Shown: positions 49,817 to 60,839, counted from the first letter of the stretch. The stretch is DNA of 64,000 nucleotides from Epithemia pelagica (GCA_946965045.2 OX337242.1:2816467-2880466), one strand, 5' to 3'. The notes: a model not told the origin generated them from the sequence alone. Numbers and translations: made by a program.

Positions 49817-51620
49817 ATGGCTCCCCCTGTGAATGTTGGGCCAGGCACTCCATCACCTTCACGAAGACGACCGTGCAAGAAAACAAAGACAGCAGAGAGC
49901 AAGGTATCATGTCTGCAGGTGACCCTTGTAACCCCCTTTGGTATGGGGTGTAAACAATGCGGCAAGCCCTTTGGATCAAGTCTGTGGTCGATGCAGAGAC
50001 ATCTCAACCCACATGGTGTCTCTGTGTCCCGGTCGGAAAATCAGATTCTACTGAAGAAACACCATGCCCTTCGGCAATGTTTAATGGAAGATTTGTCCAG
50101 GTCATCGCAATATTTGACAGGAAAACATGTCAAGGGATATTCCTGTCGTTGCCTAGTTGGGAGCACCAAGGCCCATAATGTCTACAGACATCTGTCCTCC
50201 AGTCACAGCTGCGGTGCTCCGTCTCCAACTGAAGAGGATCTGCAATTGAGTACATGTGGTCGACTGATTTCTATTATCGCGTTACAGAAGATGTATGCCA
50301 GTCAAGAGTCATCACCTCTCAAAATGACCACAGATATGATCAAGACGACCATTTCTACACTCCCCGAAATGTATGAGTGCTTGGTCCCACTCTTTTATCC
50401 TTTGGCTCAGCAAGATGAGGCGTACGCAAATAGGCCCAAGGGAAGGACATTCCTGGACCGGGTTCATCTGTTATATGACTCCGTAAATATTCGATCCCAT
50501 AGCAATCAACCACTCTTTGATTTGCTCTATGACCAAGGGGAAAAATGGCTCACTGAGCATGTGCCGCTGCATGTTCAGAAAGTTCCTGCAAACTATCGAT
50601 CAAAGCTCTTGGTCTTTGAAGGAACAAGAACTCCCAACGAAGGTTGTACTTACACCTTCACTAAGCACCCGAGACGACTTCTCCCAGAGTTCAAGAAATT
50701 TCTCTCCTTCTTGCTCCACAACAACAACAAGCTTCTACATTTCAAAACAGATCTTCCCTCTGTATTGGCTAAGTTGTGTTTGGAGACTGCAGAGTCGGTT
50801 CAACACCACACAACAGTGATGACCTACTGCACTGGTTGGGTCCTTCGGCAACAAGAGGGTTCACAGCAATTCTCTCTATGCAGTCCATCATATATTGCAA
50901 GTATGATGGCATCAGTGCTTACCATACTGCGGGCCAGTATTTGTTCTCTAATATACTCCATGGGGACTGGTTACCACAAGAGGGCTATGACCTTGGTTGA
51001 GAAGGCCCAACAGTCCATCACAACCAATTTTTTGGGTAGCATGATCCGCCGGATGCGGGAAAAAGAGATTTTGACTCCATCTAGCCAAAAAGTCTCTATT
51101 CAGGGAAATAAAGACATTTTGGTTGACAACTTCAGGTTTCCTTTCCCGAAGTGGTGCAAGGTTATCCCGACGATCTACGATGTATGCATGCAAGCCTTGA
51201 GCAAAGTCATTGTTGGGAATCAATGGGTCTTTCTCCTGGACAGGAGATATGGTATGGAAGTGTCATGGGACTCTGTTGGGAAGGTACGGATGTAACTTCA
51301 TTCGGCATCCAGGAGTTACACCCATGGAGATATTGTACTCTGTCAAGACTACGATACATACCACTTGGACATTGTTGCATCATACCTAGAACTGGCCTTC
51401 CACGGAACAGGCCTTGGCTCCATGAGGTACACTGAAGTTGAGAGGTGTTTATTTTCAGATACACGGTGGCATGGTGGGAGTTTCTATTACTACTCGCACT
51501 CGGACAAAAGCTTCACTGCGATGGACAATAAACACCGCAAATTGGTCGAGCATAAACTTTGTGAGTCATTGAGCCGGATTTATCTTGTCTTTCGGGTGGT
51601 TTGTCAATTGCGTGGTACTT
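49817..51620 (+). pseudogene. Type A'' module ORF: C2H2 fingers + YR-like motif; in-frame TAA at 51293; truncated at a core
   Basis: GMGCKQCGK...QRHLNPH; RM*LHSASRSY...LELAFHGTGLGSMRYTEV...SDKSF...EHKLCESLSRIYLVF. Confidence 0.75.
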
Positions 51621-52690
51621 CCCTAAGGATATTTCACTTTTGTGGAGCTTTTAGTACTAGAGACCGTAGAATTTGAACGTGTGCATATGAGCACAAAATC
51701 CTATAGTGCCTGTTGCATATGAGCAAGGATTTGTTGCGGATGAGCTGCAATTTGTTATGCTTTTGTTGCGATTGAGCAGTGGCCTTGTCTATGCCCCTTT
51801 GACCACTCCCCAAAAGCAGTCATATTCAATATGCTCTTTACTGGCCAGATACTTTTTAGAGCTATGCCAGTTAGGTTTTTGTCTCGCCCTACTCTACATA
51901 GAAGAATCAACGTAAGATTGAATTTCCCTTGGTTTGCTGTACAAAATTTCCCTGTTAACAGCTAATATGTGTGTAAAAGTGACATATATTTGTACACAAA
52001 TGACCAACTAAACTTTTTGTACAATCTTTTACCCGCCTAATGACGTTGGCATTTAACAGAAAAATCTCATTTCACCCTAAGGAGAAAGTGCCTGTCCGTA
52101 GGCCTACGTAGACTCTAGCGTCCCTAAGGATATTTGCCTTTTTTGGGTGTCTTTAGTACTAGACACCGTAGGATTTGAACGTGTGCATATGAGCACAAGG
52201 GGCTATAGTATCTGTGCATATGAGCAGTGATATATATGCCTTTTGTTGCAAAAGAGCACTGCCCCTTGTGCAGATGAGCACAGAATGTCTATGCCCCGCT
52301 CAAGTCTAATTTCTAAGCACTCATATTCAATATGAGTCCTTAATTTCATTCATTACCAACCATTACCGCACTCTTAGTTGTTCCCCCATTCTTTGGCGCG
52401 AAAAGCTCGCCTGCGTGCCCCTTCGCGCCAAACATCTTCACCTGAAAACCTCAATAGGCCCAACATCTTCACATGAAAACCTCAATTGGCCCAACAAAAG
52501 GTCATTGTTGTTTCATGAATTATGACTCTTGCAAAGAGGCCCATCCTTGCTTTTGCTTGAGAGTCGGCTGGTTATGTCTCTTCCTCTGTTCCATGCACAC
52601 GAGGAAACCAGCAATGGCTACCAACAATGGGCCTGGAACGCCATCTCCATCCCGGAGATGGCCTGTGAAGAAGATCCGTTCCGATCAGGG

Positions 52691-54573
52691 CATTGGCTTG
52701 TCATGTTTAGATGCAACAATTGTGACACCCTTTGGTATGGGATGCGGCATATGCAAGAAATCATTCGGAGAAAGTCTTTGGTCCATGCAGCGGCATCTAA
52801 ATCAACATGGAGTCTGTGTCTCAGCAACTGACAACCGACTCCTTGTTGCAAGAAAACAGTCCCTTGAGCAAATTTTGCAAGAAGACCCTAAGGATATTTC
52901 ACTTTTTTGGGAGCTTTTAGTACTAGAGACCGTAGAATTTGAACGTGTGCATATGAGCACAAAATCCTATAGTGCCTGTTGCATATGAGCAAGGATTTGT
53001 TGCGGATGAGCTGCAATTTGTTATGCTTTTGTTGCGATTGAGCAGTGGCCTTGTCTATGCCCCTTTGACCACTCCCGAAAAGCCGTCATATTCAATATGC
53101 TCTATACTGGCCAAATACTTTTCAGAGCTCTGCCAGTTAGGTTTTTGTCTTGCCCTACTCTACATAGAAGAATCAACGTAAGATTGAATTTCCTTTGGTT
53201 TGCTGTACAAAATTTCCTTGTTACAACAAACCAGCTAATATGTGTGTACGAGTGACATATATTTGTACACAAATGACCAACTAACTTTTTTGTACAATCT
53301 TTTTTCCCGCCAAATGACGCTGGCATTTCACAGAAAAATCTCATTCCACCCATCACTAGTTCTCATCAAAATCCCATTTTGACCATTCCTAGTTTATGCC
53401 TCTAGGTCTTTGTACCTACCCATCATTCGTTCAGTAAATTGGGCCCAATGCAATTCTGCAAAGGGTCATCACTCCCTTTCTTTGATGAACGATGAAAGAT
53501 GTCTCTTGAGCACTCTCAGCAAAACCTCTATGGACAATGGCTTCCCCCTCTAATAATGGGCCAGGGACTCCTTCTCCATCAAGGAGGAGACCAACGAAGA
53601 AAAAAAAGGAAGAGAACAAACTACAGGCTGTCATTGGCTTGTCATGTTTAGATGCAACAATTGTGACACCCTTTGGTATGGGATGCGGCATATGCAAGAA
53701 ATCATTCGGAGAAAGTCTTTGGTCCATGCAGCGGCATCTAAATCAACATGGAGTCTGTGTCTCAGCAACTGACAACCGACTCCTTGTTGCAAGAAAACAG
53801 TCCCTTGAGCAAATTTTGCAAGAAGACCCTAAGGATATTTCACTTTTTTGGGAGCTTTTAGTACTAGAGACCGTAGAATTTGAACGTGTGCATATGAGCA
53901 CAAAATCCTATAGTGCCTGTTGCATATGAGCAAGGATTTGTTGCGGATGAGCTGCAATTTGTTATGCTTTTGTTGCGATTGAGCAGTGGCCTTGTCTATG
54001 CCCCTTTGACCACTCCCGAAAAGCCGTCATATTCAATATGCTCTATACTGGCCAAATACTTTTCAGAGCTCTGCCAGTTAGGTCTTTGTCTTGCCCTACT
54101 CTACATAGAAGAATCAACGTAAGATTGAATTTCCTTTGGTTTGCTGTACAAAATTTCCTTGTTACAACAAACCAGCTAATATGTGTGTACGAGTGACATA
54201 TATTTGTACACAAATGACCAACTAACTTTTTTGTACAATCTTTTTTCCCGCCAAATGACGCTGGCATTTCACAGAAAAATCTCATTCCACCCATCACTAG
54301 TTCTCATCAAAATCCCATTTTGACCATTCCTAGTTTATGCCTCTAGGTCTTTGTACCTACCCATCATTCGTTCAGTAAATTGGGCCCAATGCAATTCTGC
54401 AAAGGGTCATCACTCCCTTTCTTTGATGAACGATGAAAGATGTCTCTTGAGCACTCTCAGCAAAACCTCTATGGACAATGGCTTCCCCCTCTAATAATGG
54501 GCCAGGGACTCCTTCTCCATCAAGGAGGAGACCAACGAAGAAAAAAAAGGAAGAGAACAAACTACAGGCTGTC
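52691..54573. repeat. Tandem duplication with a 941-bp period (52691-53631 / 53632-54573)
   Basis: CATTGGCTTGTCATG at 52691 and 53632; cores at 52886 and 53827 are 941 bp apart. Confidence 0.9.
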
Positions 54574-54769
54574 GATGTCACGCTAGTGACCCCCTTTGGT
54601 ATGGGGTGTCGCCTATGTGGGAAACCGTTCGGAACCAGTCTATGGTCCATGCAAAGGCACCTTTATGGCCATGGTGTGTCTGTCTCACGTTCTGAAAGCC
54701 AGTCACTGATAGAACATCAAATGACCCTAAGGAGAAAGTGCCTGTCCGTAGGCCTACGTAGACTCTAGC

Positions 54770-54874
54770 GTCCCACTGCAGAACAGCCCCCATCCCACTT
54801 GTCCCACTGCAGAACCGCCCTCTGTCCCACTGCAGAAGTGCCCTGTCCTACTGCAGAACAGCCTGCGGTCCCAC
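54770..54874. repeat. About 20-23-bp subterminal repeat (GTCCCACTGCAGAA..) in the type B' leader, directly abutting the telomere
   Basis: Several CC(C/T)ACTGCAGAA units, then GTCCCAC followed by TTAGGG. Confidence 0.85.
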
Positions 54875-55372
54875 TTAGGGTTAGGGTTAGGGTTAGGGTT
54901 AGGGTTAGGGTTAGGGTTAGGGTTAGGGTTAGGGTTAGGGTTAGGGTTAGGGTTAGGGTTAGGGTTAGGGTTAGGGTTAGGGTTAGGGTTAGGGTTAGGG
55001 TTAGGGTTAGGGTTAGGGTTAGGGTTAGGGTTAGGGTTAGGGTTAGGGTTAGGGTTAGGGTTAGGGTTAGGGTTAGGGTTAGGGTTAGGGTTAGGGTTAG
55101 GGTTAGGGTTAGGGTTAGGGTTAGGGTTAGGGTTAGGGTTAGGGTTAGGGTTAGGGTTAGGGTTAGGGTTAGGGTTAGGGTTAGGGTTAGGGTTAGGGTT
55201 AGGGTTAGGGTTAGGGTTAGGGTTAGGGTTAGGGTTAGGGTTAGGGTTAGGGTTAGGGTTAGGGTTAGGGTTAGGGTTAGGGTTAGGGTTAGGGTTAGGG
55301 TTAGGGTTAGGGTTAGGGTTAGGGTTAGGGTTAGGGTTAGGGTTAGGGTTAGGGTTAGGGTTAGGGTTAGGG
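54875..55372 (+). repeat. Telomere array (TTAGGG)83
   Basis: 498 bp of perfect hexamer up to the N gap. Confidence 0.98.
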
Positions 55373-55572
55373 NNNNNNNNNNNNNNNNNNNNNNNNNNNN
55401 NNNNNNNNNNNNNNNNNNNNNNNNNNNNNNNNNNNNNNNNNNNNNNNNNNNNNNNNNNNNNNNNNNNNNNNNNNNNNNNNNNNNNNNNNNNNNNNNNNNN
55501 NNNNNNNNNNNNNNNNNNNNNNNNNNNNNNNNNNNNNNNNNNNNNNNNNNNNNNNNNNNNNNNNNNNNNNNN
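55373..55572. other. Scaffold gap of exactly 200 N joining two telomeric contig ends
   Basis: Round-number gap between oppositely oriented telomere arrays. Confidence 0.95.
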
Positions 55573-56012
55573 CCCTAACCCTAACCCTAACCCTAACCCT
55601 AACCCTAACCCTAACCCTAACCCTAACCCTAACCCTAACCCTAACCCTAACCCTAACCCTAACCCTAACCCTAACCCTAACCCTAACCCTAACCCTAACC
55701 CTAACCCTAACCCTAACCCTAACCCTAACCCTAACCCTAACCCTAACCCTAACCCTAACCCTAACCCTAACCCTAACCCTAACCCTAACCCTAACCCTAA
55801 CCCTAACCCTAACCCTAACCCTAACCCTAACCCTAACCCTAACCCTAACCCTAACCCTAACCCTAACCCTAACCCTAACCCTAACCCTAACCCTAACCCT
55901 AACCCTAACCCTAACCCTAACCCTAACCCTAACCCTAACCCTAACCCTAACCCTAACCCTAACCCTAACCCTAACCCTAACCCTAACCCTAACCCTAACC
56001 CTAACCCTAACC
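55573..56012 (-). repeat. Telomere array (CCCTAA)73 + CC
   Basis: Perfect hexamers, then a direct join into a module ORF. Confidence 0.98.
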
Positions 56013-59000
56013 ATAACATTGCTGAGTCTTGTCCAACCAACAAGACACCTGCAGGAATATCCAACAACAGACCTCCCCGTGAAGAAGTTTTTTGCAGTAT
56101 GAGGGTCTTCTTGCAAAATTTGCTCAAGGGACTGTTTTCTTGCAACAAGGAGTCGGTTGTCAGTTGCTGAGACACAGACTCCATGTTGATTTAGATGCCG
56201 CTGCATGGACCAAAGACTTTCTCCGAATGATTTCTTGCATATGCTGCATCCCATACCAAAGGGTGTCACAATTGTAGCATCTAAACATGACAAGCCAATG
56301 CCCTGATCGGAACGGATCTTCTTCACAGGCCGTCTCCGATATGGAGATGGCGTTCCAGGCCCATTGTTGGTAGCCATTGCTGGTTTCCTCGTGTGCATGG
56401 AACAGAGGAAGAGACATAACCAGCCGACTCTCAAGCAAAAGCAAGGATGGGTCTCTTTGCAAGAGTCATAATTCATGAAACAACAATGACCTTTAGTTGG
56501 GCCAATTGAGGTTTTCAGGTGAAGATGTTGGGCCAATTGAGGTTTTCAGGTGAAGATGTTTGGCGCGAAGGGGCACGCAGGCGAGCTTTTCGCGGGAACA
56601 ACTAAGAAAGCGGTAATGGTAAGTAATGAATGAAATTCAGTACTCATATTGAATATGAGTGCTTAGAAATTAGACTTGAGCGGGGCATAGACATTCTGTG
56701 CTCATCTGCACAAGGGGCAGTGCTCTTTTGCAACAAAAGGCATATATATCAGTGCTCATATGCACAGATACTATAGCCCCTTGTGCTCATATGCACACGT
56801 TCAAATCCTACGGTGTCCACAATAGTACTAAAGACACCCAAAAAAGGCAAATATCCTTAGGGCCATACCTAGCTGTACCTATGGGAGCTCATATGCAAAA
56901 TATGCAGCTCAAGTGCAACCTGTAGAAAGCTACGGGCTCTGGTACAAAAACTAGAATCTAGACCTAAATTTCCTTAGGTAAGCACTGATGCCATCATACT
57001 TGCAATATATGATGGACTGCATAGAGAGAATTGCTGTGAACCCTCTTGTTTCCGAAGGACCCAACCAGTGCAGTAGGTCATCACTGTTGTGTGGTGTTGA
57101 ACCGACTCCACAGTCTCCAAACACAACTTAGCCAATACAGAGGGAAGATCTGTTTTGAAATGTAGAAGCTTGTTGTTGTTGTGGAGCATAAAGGAGAGAA
57201 ATTTTTTGAACTCTGGGAGAAGTCGTCTCGGGTGCTTAGTGAAGGTGTAAGTACAACCTTTGTTGGGAGTTCTTGTTCCTTCAAAGACCAAGAGCTTTGA
57301 TCGATAGTTTGCAGGAACTATCTGAACATGCAGCGGCACATGCTCAGTGAGCCATTTTTGCCCTTGGTCATAGAGCAAATCAAAGAGTGGTTGATTGCTA
57401 TGGGTTTGAATATTTACGGAGTCATATAACAGATGAACTCGGTCCAGGAATGTCCTTCCCTTGGGCCTATTTGCGTACGCCTCATCTTGCTGAGCCAAAG
57501 GATAAAAGAGTGGGACCAAGCACTCATACATTTTGGGGAGTGTAGAAATGGTCGTCTTGATCATATCTGTGGTCATTTTGAGAGGTGATGACTCTTGACT
57601 GGCATACATCTTCTGTAATGCGATAATAGAAATCAGTCGACCACATGTACTCAATTGCAGATCCTCTTCAGTTGGAGAAGGGGCACCGCAGCTGTGACTG
57701 GAGGACAGATGTCTGTAGACATTATGGGCCTTGGTGCTCCCAACTAGGCAACGACAGGAATATCCCTTGACATGTTTTCCTGTCAAATATTGCGATGACC
57801 TGGACAAATCTTCCATTAAACATTGCCGAAGGGCATGGTGTTTCTTCAGTAGAATCTGATTTTCCGACCGGGACACAGAGACACCATGTAGGTTGAGATG
57901 TCTCTGCATCGACCACAGACTTGATCCAAAGGGCTTGCCGCATTGTTTACACCCCATACCAAATGGGGTTACAAGGGTCACCTGCAGACATGATACCTTG
58001 CTCTCTGCTGTCTTTGTTTTCTTGCACGGTCGCCTTCGTGAAGGTGATGGAGTGCCTGGCCCAACATTCACAGGGGGAGCCATTGTCACCAGTCTTTGTG
58101 AGTATCAGAGACGGTGTGACCAGACAGGCCCAAGCAAAGGTCATTGACAACAAATAGTGCTTCGAAAAAGGCCCAAAGCAATGTTGTCCACATAGGCCCA
58201 AAGAGAAATCATTCTTGTAGCAAAACAGGCCCTACGCAAGGTGATTCCACAAAAATCCTAACTTTTGCTTTTTTCGTGTACAAGAAGTATTCTTCTACAG
58301 ACTTTTCGCTTTCTCGCCAAAAAAGCAAAAATCTAGCGCTAGTAGCTTTATGAGCCAATGAACAAGTATGGCCATATGGAATATGACCACTTGAGAAGTA
58401 AATAGAGGGCATAGGTAAATTCCTGGCTCAATCGCAACGGGGGTTATGAAAAATTGCAGCTCATCTGCAAAATGAGTATAACAAATTTGCTCATATGCAA
58501 CAAAGCACTGTAGGATATTCTGCTCATATGCACACGTTCAAATCCTACGGTCTCTAGTACTAAAACATGCCAAAAAAGGGGAAAATACTTAGGTGTTCGA
58601 CTGACATGGAGTCTGACATAAGACTTCAACCAAACACTAGAGTCAGACACTAGTGCACACAACATAGGTTCATGGGCTTGGTTTGGCTCTTGATTCGCCC
58701 AACCTATCATCTCAGTCATTTTTTTCAAAAAGTCTTCTCGATGGGACACACAGTCCGTGGAATAATTGGCAGTATGTCTTGAGACCACCACGTGGGGAAG
58801 CAAACCCTTCAAGGATGGTCTCTGTATTATGGATTTTCCAATCGTCTGAAGGATGACTCGAATCCACATGAACAAATCTGTAACAAACAGTTACAACAGC
58901 CTTAATTTTTGTAGCACTTGATGACTGGCATGCCCCGTTGTATCGACAGTGGTTCTTCAGGTACCTTTGTTCCTTGAACAAATTGCCGTGAGAACACTTG

Positions 59001-60839
59001 TAGCCATCTTGAATTCGTAGGTGGCTGATTGTAATATCTTGATTGTGTTTTAATTCTTCAATGTGCTTAGAACACAGATTCTTCAAATCTTGAAGGGAGA
59101 TGATGAGCTCCCAGCTTGGATGTTTCTTGAGGTGGCGTTGGAGGGATGAAGGTGAGCTCGCCACAGACATTCGACACTCCACACAGAAAACACCATAGTG
59201 GAAAACACGGAGACCATGATGACCCCGAAAGGCCTTCCCACTTAAGGGATCAAACAGCTCCATCTTAGGATCAGCAGTAGGATTTGCTGCCATTGTCGGT
59301 TTGCAGCTGGATGGTCAAAATGGGCAAGACAAAAAGGCCCAATGCAGGGTCATTCACAGGAAATCTTCAATACAAAAAGGCCCAATGCAGGTCATTCACA
59401 GGAAATCTTCAAAATTTCAAACGAGATGACCCCAATTCATACCCTATGGAGACATTGTATAGGTCCTAATGAAATAATAGACCTGTTAGCAATGAGTCTG
59501 TCATGGCACGCTAGGAATATGATGAGGCATATGTATTCACTATATCTGAAAAGAGTATGCGGCTTGGAGAATAGGCTTATAGGACATGCAACACTGGGAC
59601 ACAAGGGGCTTTGCTTACGTGCAATGCTGAGACACAAGGGGCCTTGCTTACATGCAATGCTAAGACACTAGGGCTATGCTTACATGCAACACTGAGACAC
59701 TACGTGCAATACCAAGATTACGTAGGGTGTACGCTAGGGGGCACTTTCTCCTTAGGTGCTCCATCTGGCTTGGAAGAGTAGTGTTCCTCCTGAGCCAATG
59801 GATGAAACCATCTCCTCAGATACCATATGGAAAGTTTGGGTGACCGCTCTCTTTGTTTTCAAGATTGGATCCTCTTGGATATATTTCATACTGACAGCAG
59901 TCATAGATACCAGCTTCCCACAAGAAGTGACCTGCAATTGTTCCCTCTCAGGCCCAATGGCTCCACAGGAGTTAGGCGAGGAGAGATGACGCATAACATT
60001 GCTGAGTCTTGTCCAACCAACAAGACACCTGCAGGAATATCCAAGAACAGACCTCCCCGTGAAGAAGTTTTTTGCAGTATGAGGGTCTTCTTGCAAAATT
60101 TGCTCAAGGGACTGTTTTCTTGCAACAAGGAGTCGGTTGTCAGTTGCTGAGACACAGACTCCATGTTGATTTAGATGCCGCTGCATGGACCAAAGACTTT
60201 CTCCGAATGATTTCTTGCATATGCTGCATCCCATACCAAAGGGTGTCACAATTGTAGCATCTAAACATGACAAGCCAATGCCCTGATCGGAACGGATCTT
60301 CTTCACAGGCCGTCTCCGATATGGAGATGGCGTTCCAGGCCCATTGTTGGTAGCCATTGCTGGTTTCCTCGTGTGCATGGAACAGAGGAAGAGACATAAC
60401 CAGCCGACTCTCAAGCAAAAGCAAGGATGGGTCTCTTTGCAAGAGTCATAATTCATGAAACAACAATGACCTTTAGTTGGGCCAATTGAGGTTTTCAGGT
60501 GAAGATGTTGGGCCAATTGAGGTTTTCAGGTGAAGATGTTTGGCGCGAAGGGGCACGCAGGCGAGCTTTTCGCGGGAACAACTAAGAAAGCGGTAATGGT
60601 AAGTAATGAATGAAATTCAGTACTCATATTGAATATGAGTGCTTAGAAATTAGACTTGAGCGGGGCATAGACATTCTGTGCTCATCTGCACAAGGGGCAG
60701 TGCTCTTTTGCAACAAAAGGCATATATATCAGTGCTCATATGCACAGATACTATAGCCCCTTGTGCTCATATGCACACGTTCAAATCCTACGGTGTCCAC
60801 AATAGTACTAAAGACACCCAAAAAAGGCAATCCTTAGGG
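56013..60839 (-). mobile_element. Right-arm stack of telomere-terminal modules; cores (as CCTTAGG) at 60832, 59750, 58587 (ACTTAGG), 56972, 56855; order from the interior A, B, A'', C, A, telomere
   Basis: Same leader families as the left arm in reverse complement, with different truncation points. Truncated ORFs at 60357-59757, 59293-58594, 58083-56979 and 56377-56013. Confidence 0.85.

Larger units (their letters stand above)
43361..54874 (+). mobile_element. Left-arm stack of telomere-terminal modules; cores at 43361, 43655, 45361, 46617, 46983, 49306 (CCTAAGT), 51621, 52075, 52122, 52886, 53827, 54725
   Basis: Every core is CC(C)TAAG(G/T) on the + strand. Most cores are followed by a leader seen at two or more junctions, and the preceding module's sequence stops abruptly there. 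Confidence 0.85.

Noticed and set aside
4540-51295. Alternative genetic code or programmed readthrough
   Set aside because: All three stop codons occur, frameshifts co-occur, and other genes use these stops normally.
46693-54874. CRISPR-like array from short repeats
   Set aside because: The repeats are head-to-tail without unique spacers, in a eukaryotic context with no cas genes.
54875-56012. Genuine interstitial telomere or chromosome fusion
   Set aside because: A round 200-N gap separates perfect, oppositely oriented arrays; a scaffolding join is the simpler explanation.
54754-56536. Long GL-, VR- and PN-repeat ORFs
   Set aside because: They are translations of the telomere hexamer and the N gap, not genes.
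43361-60839. Telomeric retrotransposon model (HeT-A/TART or endonuclease-less Penelope/terminons)
   Set aside because: No RT is visible in the modules, there is no poly(A), the ORFs point toward the telomere with the 5' end attached, and the core has the wrong polarity to anneal to the G-overhang as an RNA 3' end.
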